Source: a virus
Lineage: Duplodnaviria > Caudoviricetes
DNA length: 47,597 bases
Virus record (IMG/VR): IMGVR_UViG_3300010366_000017
Location: 1 to 47,597 of that record
Reading direction: 5' to 3' (one strand)
Shown: positions 28,733-37,032 of the stretch, one piece after another
How the letters are laid out: each line of letters starts with the position of its first letter
Position numbering within the stretch: position 1 is the first letter of the stretch
Position numbers and translations under genes: made by a program
Notes under the pieces: generated by a model
The model's database searches: none
Seen by the model: the letters and a program-made list of their open reading frames with translations, nothing else
Told to the model about the DNA's origin: nothing

Positions 28733-29825
28733 CAGCGCGACACTGCAGCTGCTCCGCAACTTCGCCGCCACCCACCAGACCGCGGGCCTCTCCGGGTTCC
28801 CGGCGATCGACGTGTTCGGCAACCCGGGCACGCCGGTGCTCGCCCCCGTCGGCGGCAACATCGTCGATGTCCACATGATCCCGTGGAACCAGCAGCAGCG
28901 CGTCGGCGGCGAAACCGCCTACCTGCAGGGAGCGAACGACCGCACCTACTTCCTCACCCACCTCGGCGGCAACGTCCCGACGGGGCCGGTGACCGCCGGG
29001 CAGCAGATCGGCACCGTCGGCCAGGTCCCGGGCGGCTGGTGGCAGCCGCACATCCACGAAGGGATGTACCAGGGCATCTACAACCCCGGCGGCAGCCCCG
29101 CTCCCACAGGAGACACCCGCCAGCTCGCGAGCGCCTACACGGCTGCCGGTTGGGCGCCGAGTGCGCTGCTCGCCTACCAGATGGCGATCCAGCAGGGCGC
29201 CACCCCGGCGCAGGCGAAAGACTTCGCGTCGGTCCAGTACGGCGAGTCCGGCTTCGACCCGACGAACTGGTACGGCAAGAGCCAGGGGAAGCCGTACGTG
29301 GAAGGGAAGACCGCCGCCGGTCTGTACCAGCTGCTGTCGCAGGGCTACATCGACAAGGCGAAGGCGCTCGGCGGTGTCTTCAACCCGCGAGCGAACATCG
29401 GCGCGATCCTGCCCGACTACCTCAGCTACTACCGCTCCCACCCAGGTGCGATCGTTCCTGGTGCGGCCGGTGCCGCCGTCGAGAAGAGCGGCGAGAACGC
29501 CGCCTACTACGCGCAGGGCTACCAGCACCTGCCGGGGATGCCAACCGGAGGCGGAGGCGGTGACAACTGGGGCAACGCCGTCGGCGGCACCGGTGGCGGG
29601 GTGACGCTGCTGCCGTACTACGCCCCGGCGGTGAAGACAGCGAGCCGGGCCGCGTTCGTGAACGCGCTCCAGCAGGTCGCACGAGCGGGCAGGCTCGGTC
29701 CGCCGCAGCCGGTACCGTCGAAGCTCGCACCGATCACGACCGCGGCCCCGAGCATCGCGTCCGCGAACCTGACACCGCCCGGCGACTACAGCTTCCAGAA
29801 CCTGATCAAGAACACGAGCTACTGA
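28725..29825 (+). CDS. virion-associated peptidoglycan hydrolase: M23 peptidase plus lytic transglycosylase
   Basis: AIDVFG.PGTPVLAPVGG, YFLTHL, GQQIGTVG, PHIH (M23); GESGFDP, AAGLYQL (lysozyme-like); ATG at 28725. Confidence 0.85.
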   Translation: MADSATLQLLRNFAATHQTAGLSGFPAIDVFGNPGTPVLAPVGGNIVDVHMIPWNQQQRVGGETAYLQGANDRTYFLTHLGGNVPTGPVTAGQQIGTVGQVPGGWWQPHIHEGMYQGIYNPGGSPAPTGDTRQLASAYTAAGWAPSALLAYQMAIQQGATPAQAKDFASVQYGESGFDPTNWYGKSQGKPYVEGKTAAGLYQLLSQGYIDKAKALGGVFNPRANIGAILPDYLSYYRSHPGAIVPGAAGAAVEKSGENAAYYAQGYQHLPGMPTGGGGGDNWGNAVGGTGGGVTLLPYYAPAVKTASRAAFVNALQQVARAGRLGPPQPVPSKLAPITTAAPSIASANLTPPGDYSFQNLIKNTSY

Positions 29826-30730
29826 TGGGATGGAACGACAACCCGCCGAAGGGCGGACCGATGGTGAAAGTGAAAGGGTTCCCCGGCCCCTTGTACCCGC
29901 CCGACAGCAGCAAGGGGCCGTCACCCGACAGCGACTTCGTGGTTGCGTTGAAGCGGACAGCGGCCAGGATTGGGGCCTGGCCGTGGGACCCGGAAGGCTG
30001 GGACGACAGCTACTCGAACCGGTTCGCGCACGGAGACGGCTGGGGCGACCAGGACCACGCCGGGATCGCCGGGCTGCAGCACTGGTCGGGAACGATCGAC
30101 CCGACCGGCAACGTCGGCGAGCAGACGTTCAACTTCATGCGCTCCGTCAAGGTGCCGCAGGGCCGCACCCACGCCGGGGAGATGGCGATGGACAGTGTTG
30201 CCGTCAACCTGATCAACAGCGCCTACGACGACAGCCACCCGCCACCGCCGCCACAGAAGACCAAGCGTGAGCGCGCCCTCGACCTTGCGGTCACCCAGAT
30301 CGGCGTCAAGGAGTCACCGGCCGAGTCGAACAAGTGCAAGTACACGAGCTGGTACGGGATGGTCGGCCCCTGGTGCGCGATGTTCTGCACCTGGTGCTAC
30401 GACTCCCCCGGCGGCCCCGGCTCCGACACGTTCACGCAGGGGATCGACTACAGCTACGTTCCCTACATCGTCAGCGACGCGAGGAACGGACGCAACGGCC
30501 TCAGCGTGACCGGCAGCCCGAAGGCGGGCGACCTTGTCTGCTACGACTGGCAGTGGAACGGCGAGTACGACCACGTCGGCTTCTTCGAGGAGTGGACGTC
30601 GGGTGTCGCCTTCAACGCGGTCGAGGGGAACACGTCGACCTCGAATGACTCGAACGGCGGCGAGGTGATGCGCCGGTCACGGAACGCCAACAGCCAAGCG
30701 ACGACGTTCGTGCGGGTTGCGGAGCCTTGA
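29825..30730 (+). CDS. endolysin with C-terminal CHAP domain
   Basis: QIGVKESP, PWCAMFCTW, PKAGDLVCYDW, DHVGF, VEGNTS; Pro linker. Confidence 0.9.
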   Translation: MGWNDNPPKGGPMVKVKGFPGPLYPPDSSKGPSPDSDFVVALKRTAARIGAWPWDPEGWDDSYSNRFAHGDGWGDQDHAGIAGLQHWSGTIDPTGNVGEQTFNFMRSVKVPQGRTHAGEMAMDSVAVNLINSAYDDSHPPPPPQKTKRERALDLAVTQIGVKESPAESNKCKYTSWYGMVGPWCAMFCTWCYDSPGGPGSDTFTQGIDYSYVPYIVSDARNGRNGLSVTGSPKAGDLVCYDWQWNGEYDHVGFFEEWTSGVAFNAVEGNTSTSNDSNGGEVMRRSRNANSQATTFVRVAEP

Positions 30731-30929
30731 TCCGCACCTGGTGGCGGCGGCTGGTGCGCTTCTTTCGGGGGGAGGAAGCCTCGCCGCCGCCGTCTACTTC
30801 GTCAAAGCCGAACGGAAACGGGCAGGAGAAGAGTGCGACAAGCGACTCGAAGCCTTCCGGGAAGGACTGAGGATCGTCCGTGAGAAACCCCGTGACGTTA
30901 CTTATCGCAGCCCTGACGTTGGCGGGTAG
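30717..30929 (+). CDS. putative holin-like membrane protein
   Basis: One hydrophobic helix then charged coiled-coil, right after the endolysin; start uncertain. Confidence 0.55.
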   Translation: MRSLDPHLVAAAGALLSGGGSLAAAVYFVKAERKRAGEECDKRLEAFREGLRIVREKPRDVTYRSPDVGG

Positions 30930-31155
30930 CGGCGGCTTCCTCGCGGCGACAGCGATCGGCGGGTCGACGCAGGCGACAAGGACAGTCACGATCAACGTGG
31001 CGACAGGACCGGCCGGACCGCCGGGACCAACCGGTCCCCCTGGGCCGCCCGGCCCGGCCGGGTCCACCGCTTGCCCCGCCGGGTTCTCCCCCGGTGACGT
31101 GGTGATCAACCATCCGGGCGGGCAGACGACGCTCTACACCTGCCTGAAAGACTAG
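30880..31155 (+). CDS. secreted/membrane collagen-repeat protein, possible lysis accessory
   Basis: Signal/TM N-terminus, G-P-P repeats, Cys pair at the C-terminus. Confidence 0.7.
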   Translation: MRNPVTLLIAALTLAGSGGFLAATAIGGSTQATRTVTINVATGPAGPPGPTGPPGPPGPAGSTACPAGFSPGDVVINHPGGQTTLYTCLKD

Positions 31156-31161
31156 GGGCAT

Positions 31162-31191
31162 AAAAAAAGGCCCCCTCTTTCGAGGGGGCCT
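31162..31191 (-). terminator. intrinsic terminator at the arm convergence
   Basis: AGGCCCCCTC/GAGGGGGCCT stem, GAAA loop and U7 on the minus strand. Confidence 0.85.
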
Positions 31192-31239
31192 CATCGCTAG
31201 CGTTCCGTCTAGGTTCTCAGCCTCAGAGAACGAGGCCCC

Positions 31240-31974
31240 CTAGAGCAGGTCGAAGATCTGAGACGTCGGCTGGATCTCGATCGTCTCGTCGCTCGACATG
31301 CCGAGGACCCGAACCATCTTCTCCAGGTCCGTCTCCCTGCGACCCTTCTTGAGCTTCGCGGGCTTGTAGGCGTCGTCCTTGAACATCTCCGCGAGCCGCT
31401 CTTCCACCTGCCGCCACGAGCCGCCGAAGGTGCGGCCGATGTACTCGACGACCTCCTCGTCGTGGTCGGTCAGGAACTGCGCGACGCCGTGCCTGGCCTC
31501 GCGCTCCTTCGCCTCGACGACCTGCCGCTCCTTCTCTTCCTCGTCGAGCTGCTCCTGCAGCCGAGCCACGACCTGCTCGCGGTTCGCGTTGATCGGCTGC
31601 GGCAACTGCACACCATCATGCTGTAACGCCACTTGAACCTCCTTGATCGTTTCGTACCAGGGATGGACTTCGTACGCTTCGACCCCTTCGTACTCCGGGT
31701 TCGACGAACACCAGACGATGTTCGCCCTGTCGTATTCGCCCAGCTGGGACTCGATGTCCTCCAGGTCGAACCCCTCGATGACATCGAGATGGGCGTCGTG
31801 GCTGAGCAGATACGACTTCGCGCCGAGGATCGCCCAACTCCTACCCATGAACGCCTTGGCGAGATTCCACTCGCCGAAGCCGAGAGCCATACTGGGCAGC
31901 CTCGCCTCTGTCCTGGTCGGGTCCGGGAACCGGTTCCCGTTTCTAACCACTAGGTACAGCTTGTTCAACGGCAA
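31240..31974 (-). CDS. hypothetical protein (244 aa)
   Basis: AAGGAGG SD; biased codons. Confidence 0.75.
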   Translation of the reverse strand: MPLNKLYLVVRNGNRFPDPTRTEARLPSMALGFGEWNLAKAFMGRSWAILGAKSYLLSHDAHLDVIEGFDLEDIESQLGEYDRANIVWCSSNPEYEGVEAYEVHPWYETIKEVQVALQHDGVQLPQPINANREQVVARLQEQLDEEEKERQVVEAKEREARHGVAQFLTDHDEEVVEYIGRTFGGSWRQVEERLAEMFKDDAYKPAKLKKGRRETDLEKMVRVLGMSSDETIEIQPTSQIFDLL

Positions 31975-32794
31975 CCTCCTTCTTCTCGTCTTTCGGTTTG
32001 CGGGGGTAGCCGGTCAGGCACAGCGCCGTCTCGGCCAGGGTGTTGCAGCACTTGCACCTGACCACCCAGTCGGCACCGTCGATCGTCCCCCAGTTGTCAC
32101 TGCCGGGGCAGCAGTAGTTCGCGTGTCCGGACAGCTGCGTTTCACCGTCGAAGAAGTGGCCGCAGCCGGGGCAGCGGATCAGCATCCCCTGCGGCAGCGG
32201 CGGCGGCTTCGGCGGCTCCGGCTTCTTCACGACATGGGTCGACTGGTAGCCGCCCCAGCCGGTGTAGCTGGCGCCGTACAGCGCCGGTTTGTCGTTGTCT
32301 CCTTTCTCCCGCTGGAACTTCGTCCAGTATTTCGGGTGGTCGCAGATCGCGTGTTCCGCGATCTTCTTCGGGACGATGTACATGCGCAGCATGTAGTTGC
32401 CCGGCGTGCCGTCACCCGGGACAACGTACGCCTGCCGCTCGTCCGACTTCTCGACCCGAAGCCCCTGCTTGGCCTCCTTCGACAGCTCGTCGTACCACTT
32501 GCCCATGTTCCAGATCGCGACCGGCGGGATCACCATGTACTGCTCGATCCCGTTCGAGATGTCGATCGTCGCGACACCGTTCGGCTTCTTGCCTCCGAAC
32601 TGCGCCGCCCCCGGACGGATCCCGGTTTTCGTGTCGGCGATGAAGTCCAACGGGGTCTTGTCTTTGTAGGTGGACCCGAACTGCCACCCTTCCAGCATCT
32701 CCTTCTCGAACTGCTCGTTCTCAGAAGGGCTGTCCGTCGTCGTCGTGGTCGACTCCGACTTCGGCTGGCTCTTCTGTGTTTTGGTTCGACCCAT
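31943..32794 (-). CDS. hypothetical protein with C-terminal Cys-rich Zn-binding region
   Basis: AAGGAGG SD; CPGCGH...CC...CKCC. Confidence 0.7.
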   Translation of the reverse strand: MGRTKTQKSQPKSESTTTTTDSPSENEQFEKEMLEGWQFGSTYKDKTPLDFIADTKTGIRPGAAQFGGKKPNGVATIDISNGIEQYMVIPPVAIWNMGKWYDELSKEAKQGLRVEKSDERQAYVVPGDGTPGNYMLRMYIVPKKIAEHAICDHPKYWTKFQREKGDNDKPALYGASYTGWGGYQSTHVVKKPEPPKPPPLPQGMLIRCPGCGHFFDGETQLSGHANYCCPGSDNWGTIDGADWVVRCKCCNTLAETALCLTGYPRKPKDEKKEVAVEQAVPSG

Positions 32795-33446
32795 TCCCTA
32801 GCACCTCCTTCGCTGCGATCGAGAGGTCGTCGGTGCCGGGCACCTGGTGGTTGCGGAGCAACGCGCAGATCGCCTGCACCGTGTCTTCTGCCCTCGACGA
32901 GGGCAGGTTCGGCTGGGTCGGCAGACACTGCGCCAGCTCGTACAGCAGCTTCATCTTCGTCTGCCAGTCGTCCGGCGCCGAGGACGGCACCGGTGTGTCT
33001 TCGATGTGGTACTTCTGGTTGTTGTCGTTGATCGCGATGTGACGCACCTGCACACGGATCTTCTGCGTCAGCTCCAGCGGACCCTTCACCTTCCGTGCCC
33101 GGACCAGCTCGTCGAGCTGGGCGCAGAGACTCTCGACCTCGTCGATCCGGATCTGGTTCAGTTGGTGGTAGCTGAGCAGCTTCGACTTCTTGCTGGCTGT
33201 CAGCTTGCTCGACTTCCCGATCGGGACGCCGTTCTCCAAGGCCGCGTGCAGGATCGTGCGTAGCTGCTGCGCGGCGTACCACTGGTCGTACTTCGCCGTG
33301 ACAGGCCCCACCTTCGTGGCCATCTTCACCCCCTTCTCCTTCGGCTTTGGCCCCCACCAGACGTTCGACGTGGCCGCGTTTGTCGTCGACGTGGCCGCGT
33401 TTGTCGTGATGTAGACGTTCGACAGGTACTTGTTCGGGTCGACCAC
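32721..33446 (-). CDS. hypothetical protein (start GTG 33446 or ATG 33323)
   Basis: TAGTG coupling at 33446; SD-like sequence before 33323. Confidence 0.65.
   Translation of the reverse strand: MVDPNKYLSNVYITTNAATSTTNAATSNVWWGPKPKEKGVKMATKVGPVTAKYDQWYAAQQLRTILHAALENGVPIGKSSKLTASKKSKLLSYHQLNQIRIDEVESLCAQLDELVRARKVKGPLELTQKIRVQVRHIAINDNNQKYHIEDTPVPSSAPDDWQTKMKLLYELAQCLPTQPNLPSSRAEDTVQAICALLRNHQVPGTDDLSIAAKEVLGNGSNQNTEEPAEVGVDHDDDGQPF
33365..33407. repeat. perfect 21-bp tandem duplication (TTNAATS x2)
   Basis: TCGACGTGGCCGCGTTTGTCG twice. Confidence 0.9.
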
Positions 33447-33775
33447 TAGAGCCGGTCGTTGTAGTAGCCGAACTTCCCTTCGTCGAAGTCGACGATCGTC
33501 TTGCGCATCTGCCGCGGCGGGACCACCTGCGCCCCGTTCGCCCGCGTGCCCCACATCTCCGCGCACACAGACGCCAAGCGATCCGACGAGAACGAGATGC
33601 TGTCGCCGACGACGCCGGTGACGCCGCAGTCCATCAGCCCCCGGTAGAACAGGCAGGCGGCCGGGTCGCCCTGATGGGCGGACGGCAGCTCGCTCAGCCT
33701 GTTGAACCCGAGCCGGTCACGGACCACGTTGACCTGCGCGAGCACGTCAGCGATCTGCAACTGGTAGTCGCTCAT
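33446..33775 (-). CDS. hypothetical protein (109 aa, MSDYQLQ...)
   Basis: AAGGAG SD before ATG 33775. Confidence 0.75.
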   Translation of the reverse strand: MSDYQLQIADVLAQVNVVRDRLGFNRLSELPSAHQGDPAACLFYRGLMDCGVTGVVGDSISFSSDRLASVCAEMWGTRANGAQVVPPRQMRKTIVDFDEGKFGYYNDRL

Positions 33776-33796
33776 GGTTCTCCTTCCTTCTGATGT

Positions 33797-34118
33797 CGGG
33801 GCGGCAGGTTGCGCCGAGCAGTCCGACATGCTCGCCTGCCGCCCCGCTCCCGGCTCTATCCGGGAGAGCGTGAGCTTGCGCTCTGTCCACGCCAGCCCAG
33901 GCGGGGTCGATGTCACGCGTCCTTCCCGAGAGTTGTGACATCGAGGCTGCCCCGCCCGGAACGTGGGCTGGCGTGGACACAACGCAAGCTCCTGGGGGGC
34001 CGCCGCAACACGGCCCCCCAGGTTCCCTGTGTCAGCACAGGAACTTGAAGCTGCGGTCATGTAGGTGCGACGGGCGACTATCTGGATGAGAGATAACCCG
34101 ACGCGTCCGGCCCGCAGC
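33797..34118 (-). ncRNA. candidate structured ncRNA / leader with six consecutive stems
   Basis: Stems 33797/33846, 33847/33866, 33872/33991 (120-nt rod), 33991/34022, 34021/34046, 34050/34118; strand inferred from flanking genes. Confidence 0.65.
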
Positions 34119-34123
34119 CAAAC

Positions 34124-34414
34124 TCAGCAGTTCGGCCAGGCATCGTACGTGACCGCTAACGCGGCCTTGTCCTGAACCCATTCAGGCGCCCAGGCTGGGT
34201 CATGTCCCTTCCACGCCCACGGCGCGAAAGCGTCCCATGTCGCCTGGTCGAACTGCCACTTGCCCCGGTACCAGCCGCGGTAGCCGATCGCGTGGATGTC
34301 ACCACGCGACTCACACCAGGCGTTCGCGTACCGGATCGACTGCAACCCTCTGTATCCCGCCGTAGCGGGGGCGGCCAGCAGCAGGGCCGCCAGCACAGGT
34401 AGTGACCATCTCAC
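34124..34414 (-). CDS. rpf: secreted resuscitation-promoting-factor (Rpf)-like transglycosylase
   Basis: Signal peptide; CESRG catalytic Glu, GKWQFDQATW, PAWAPEWVQDKAA, AWPNC; GGAGG SD. Confidence 0.85.
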   Translation of the reverse strand: MRWSLPVLAALLLAAPATAGYRGLQSIRYANAWCESRGDIHAIGYRGWYRGKWQFDQATWDAFAPWAWKGHDPAWAPEWVQDKAALAVTYDAWPNC

Positions 34415-34481
34415 TAATCACCTCCAGGTCGTCGGTGCCGCGCCGTCAGATCGACGCGGTCCTTCGGTCTGGTCGCTTCTG

Positions 34482-34784
34482 CTAACCACCTCCTCCGAGT
34501 CGATGGCGGAAGCGCACGCGACGGTTCCCACGTGCGGTGTTCTCGCCTAGCGTGACCACTTCTAGGTGGTCGGGATTAACGCAAGCCCGCCGGATGCAGG
34601 CGTAGTGATCGAGCGTCATGCCCGGCGGGATCGGGCCGACGAGTAGTTCCCAGGCGAAGCGGTGAGCGGAGTAGTAGCGTCCCCGCAGCTTGAAGCGGCC
34701 GTAGCCATTCCGCCTCGCTCGCGTCCAGAGCCAGCAGTCGCCATCGACGACGACGTGGCCCCAGAACCGCTCTACGGTTTCATC
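34482..34784 (-). pseudogene. HNH endonuclease (HNH_3 type) frame lacking an in-frame start; not in the ORF track
   Basis: ERFWGHV..GDCWLWT...NGYGRF...AHRFAWELLVGPIPPGMTLDH...CVNPDHLEVVTLGEN; nearest ATG (34783) is out of frame. Confidence 0.75.
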
Positions 34785-35014
34785 CCAGTTCGCATCTCTT
34801 CTGCGTTCCGCTGGCTCTCACCTCCTTTCGGCAGGACGTTGACGTGACCGCCGATGCCGCCCGCTGTCTGCTTCGCGGACGGCAACGTGATGGGTGTCGT
34901 CGGCAGCGGCCCCGGCTGGTTACGCCGTCGCAGTGCCTTGTGTGACAGCTTCACCGCTCTGAGCGCCAGCAGCACAGCGCAGAGAGAGAAGCCAAGCGAC
35001 AACCACTGCAACAT
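34772..35014 (-). CDS. small membrane protein (80 aa)
   Basis: AAGGAGG SD; N-terminal hydrophobic helix then basic stretch. Confidence 0.6.
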   Translation of the reverse strand: MLQWLSLGFSLCAVLLALRAVKLSHKALRRRNQPGPLPTTPITLPSAKQTAGGIGGHVNVLPKGGESQRNAEEMRTGMKP

Positions 35015-35045
35015 GCCCTCCTTCTTTGTCGTGCTGACACATGGT

Positions 35046-35402
35046 TCATTCGTCATTCTCTGCCAGCGTCCCCTGGGTCGCCAGCTTCTTGCCCGCCGCT
35101 GTCCGCTGCCAGCCGACCGCAGTTTTCTGCATCGCGTCGACCTTGACGACATAACCCTCGTCCCAGAGGTAACGCAGACGAGTGCTGATCAACGCCGACG
35201 GCAGCGTCGGGTCGAGCGCCTTCTTGATGTGGACGACCTTCACGATGTCGGGCAGGTAGCGGCCCCTCATCGCCCCCTCGTCCGGCAGCATCCGGAGGAT
35301 GTCGAGGTCGAGCGCGTTCGGCTGCCAGTTCTCGGTCTTGAACAGGCCGGACGGGCCACGCTCAGCGTGGGTGCGGTGCTCGCCCTTCTCGATCCGAGGC
35401 AT
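35046..35402 (-). CDS. putative winged-helix DNA-binding protein
   Basis: LDILRML...ISTRLRYLWDEGYVVKV...WQRTAAG pattern; TGATG coupling. Confidence 0.6.
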   Translation of the reverse strand: MPRIEKGEHRTHAERGPSGLFKTENWQPNALDLDILRMLPDEGAMRGRYLPDIVKVVHIKKALDPTLPSALISTRLRYLWDEGYVVKVDAMQKTAVGWQRTAAGKKLATQGTLAENDE

Positions 35403-36289
35403 CAGTGCAGCCTCTTCACGTCGAGCCGTTCACGTCGGTCGACCTGGCCGAGCGCCCGGTTGTGGACCTTGACCGCCTCGCGGGCGACCATCATCGGCAG
35501 CGAGACGCCGCCCTTGGTTGTCCGCGGCTGGCCGATCGCCGAGTCGCGGGCTGATGCGAGCAGCCCCGCGGGTCCGATCTCTTGCAGGCCGAGGATCAGC
35601 CGCTCCATGTTGACCTCGTTGTCTGGGTACGCCTGCCAGAAACGGCCGAAGCCCTGGATCACCCAGGCGTTGAACGATCCCTTGCGGCCCCGGAACGCCT
35701 CCCTGAGCAGCGCCAGGGTGGGTTGCAGGCAGTTGTCGCGGATCTCGCCGCCGGGCATCTGGTAAGCCCGCTCGACCGCCCGGATCGCACCGATGACGGT
35801 GTCGTCGTTCGACACCGGGCCGAGGCTGAACCCTTCCATCTCGACGATCTGGGTGATCGTCCCCGCCTCCTCGTCCCCGGCCATCCTGCGTGCCCGGAAC
35901 GAGTAGTACGGGTTCATGCTCTTGCGGTCCTTGTTCTTTCGGTAGAAGAACCCGGCCTCGTCCTGCAGGCTCATGCCGGTGTAGACCGCCGCCCAGCAGG
36001 CCGACTTGCCGACCTGCCGCATCATGTGGAACCGCTGCTGTCCGTCGAGGATCGCGTAGATCTTCCCCTTCGACCGTTCCGCGATGTCGATCGTCCCGAC
36101 GAGCGTCTCGTCGAAGTTCGCCGCCCCGTGGGCGATGAACTCGTGATGCGGCGGACGCTGGTAGTCGTCGAGGATGAGGACATCGAGCGGTACCAGGTAG
36201 ACGTCGAACGGCCACTCGGCGTGCGCCCGCTTCGCCTCCAGGTCTGGCAGGACGGCGACCGCAGGCTTGACGCCTTGGGTTGCGTTCAT
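35402..36289 (-). CDS. ParB/Srx-like N-terminal domain protein (DUF6551-like)
   Basis: DYQRP, FDETLVGTIDIAER, YAILDGQQR, EAGFF; AAGGAGG SD. Confidence 0.8.
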   Translation of the reverse strand: MNATQGVKPAVAVLPDLEAKRAHAEWPFDVYLVPLDVLILDDYQRPPHHEFIAHGAANFDETLVGTIDIAERSKGKIYAILDGQQRFHMMRQVGKSACWAAVYTGMSLQDEAGFFYRKNKDRKSMNPYYSFRARRMAGDEEAGTITQIVEMEGFSLGPVSNDDTVIGAIRAVERAYQMPGGEIRDNCLQPTLALLREAFRGRKGSFNAWVIQGFGRFWQAYPDNEVNMERLILGLQEIGPAGLLASARDSAIGQPRTTKGGVSLPMMVAREAVKVHNRALGQVDRRERLDVKRLH

Positions 36290-36340
36290 TTGTTCCTCCT
36301 TCGATTGTCAGGCCGCGCCTCAGCGGCCCCTTGTACGGGA

Positions 36341-36358
36341 CCCGTTTGTTCAAACGGG
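36341..36358. promoter_or_regulatory. palindromic operator copy 1
   Basis: CCCGTTTGTTCAAACGGG. Confidence 0.75.
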
Positions 36359-36413
36359 ACCTCTCCGTCCCTCCGCGTTTTTCACTGCAAGAAGGACATC
36401 TCCTACTATCTAT

Positions 36414-36442
36414 ATCCTATCAATGGGTGGTACTGCTGTCAA
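36414..36442 (-). promoter_or_regulatory. sigma-A-type promoter
   Basis: TTGACA-17-TAGGAT with TGn extension. Confidence 0.75.
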
Positions 36443-36443
36443 G

Positions 36444-36623
36444 CTAGATCGGCGCCCCAACCCTGACCGCATAGACGTCATGGTTGGCCGTCACGACAAC
36501 ATCGACGGACGGATCAGCCTCGATCCGGACCTTCAAATAGGCGACCGAGAACCCCTTTTCGTCCAGTTCGTCGAGCGTCTCTTCCAGCGTCGTGCCAACC
36601 TCGACCAGCTGCTCGATCTTCAT
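36444..36623 (-). CDS. hypothetical protein (59 aa, MKIEQL...)
   Basis: AAGGAGG SD; ATGA coupling. Confidence 0.65.
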   Translation of the reverse strand: MKIEQLVEVGTTLEETLDELDEKGFSVAYLKVRIEADPSVDVVVTANHDVYAVRVGAPI

Positions 36624-36841
36624 CGCTTCCTCCTTTGCGCCGAGGCGCAGGCTGGTTTCGCGCACCATTCCGGCCGGTCGTGCTTCGACTGGCCGACGGT
36701 CGGGCCGCCGCAGTTGCGGCAGACACCGGCGTACTCGGTGCGCTGGCGGTGTTTGATCTTCGCGATCGTTTCGGTGCGGTGAGCCGCGTACCACTGCCGC
36801 TGGTAGGCGAGCTTCCGCTCATAGTCTCTGAACGGCATCAT
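36620..36841 (-). CDS. small basic Zn-finger protein
   Basis: CRNCG...C...C; AAGGAGG SD. Confidence 0.65.
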   Translation of the reverse strand: MMPFRDYERKLAYQRQWYAAHRTETIAKIKHRQRTEYAGVCRNCGGPTVGQSKHDRPEWCAKPACASAQRRKR

Positions 36842-37032
36842 CCCTCCTTCGACGTCTTGTCCAACGCTTCCGTTAGAATGTCGAGTGCTTGCTTCGAGTC
36901 GCAGGCGGCCAAGGCGAGGATCGCCTCCGCCACCGCGACCGTCAGCACCTGCTCGTTGCGCAGCCGTCGCTCACGCCTGCGGCTGTAGTCACGCATGTAG
37001 GCGAGCTGCCGCTCGCGATCGGCGTACGGCAT
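36838..37032 (-). CDS. hypothetical protein (64 aa, MPYADRERQLAY...)
   Basis: TGATG coupling; N-terminus similar to the next gene. Confidence 0.6.
   Translation of the reverse strand: MPYADRERQLAYMRDYSRRRERRLRNEQVLTVAVAEAILALAACDSKQALDILTEALDKTSKEG

Noticed and set aside
33905-33945. SRP RNA domain IV or ribozyme in the long hairpin
   Set aside because: Only superficial GGAAGGA similarity; conserved SRP internal-loop and hammerhead core motifs are absent
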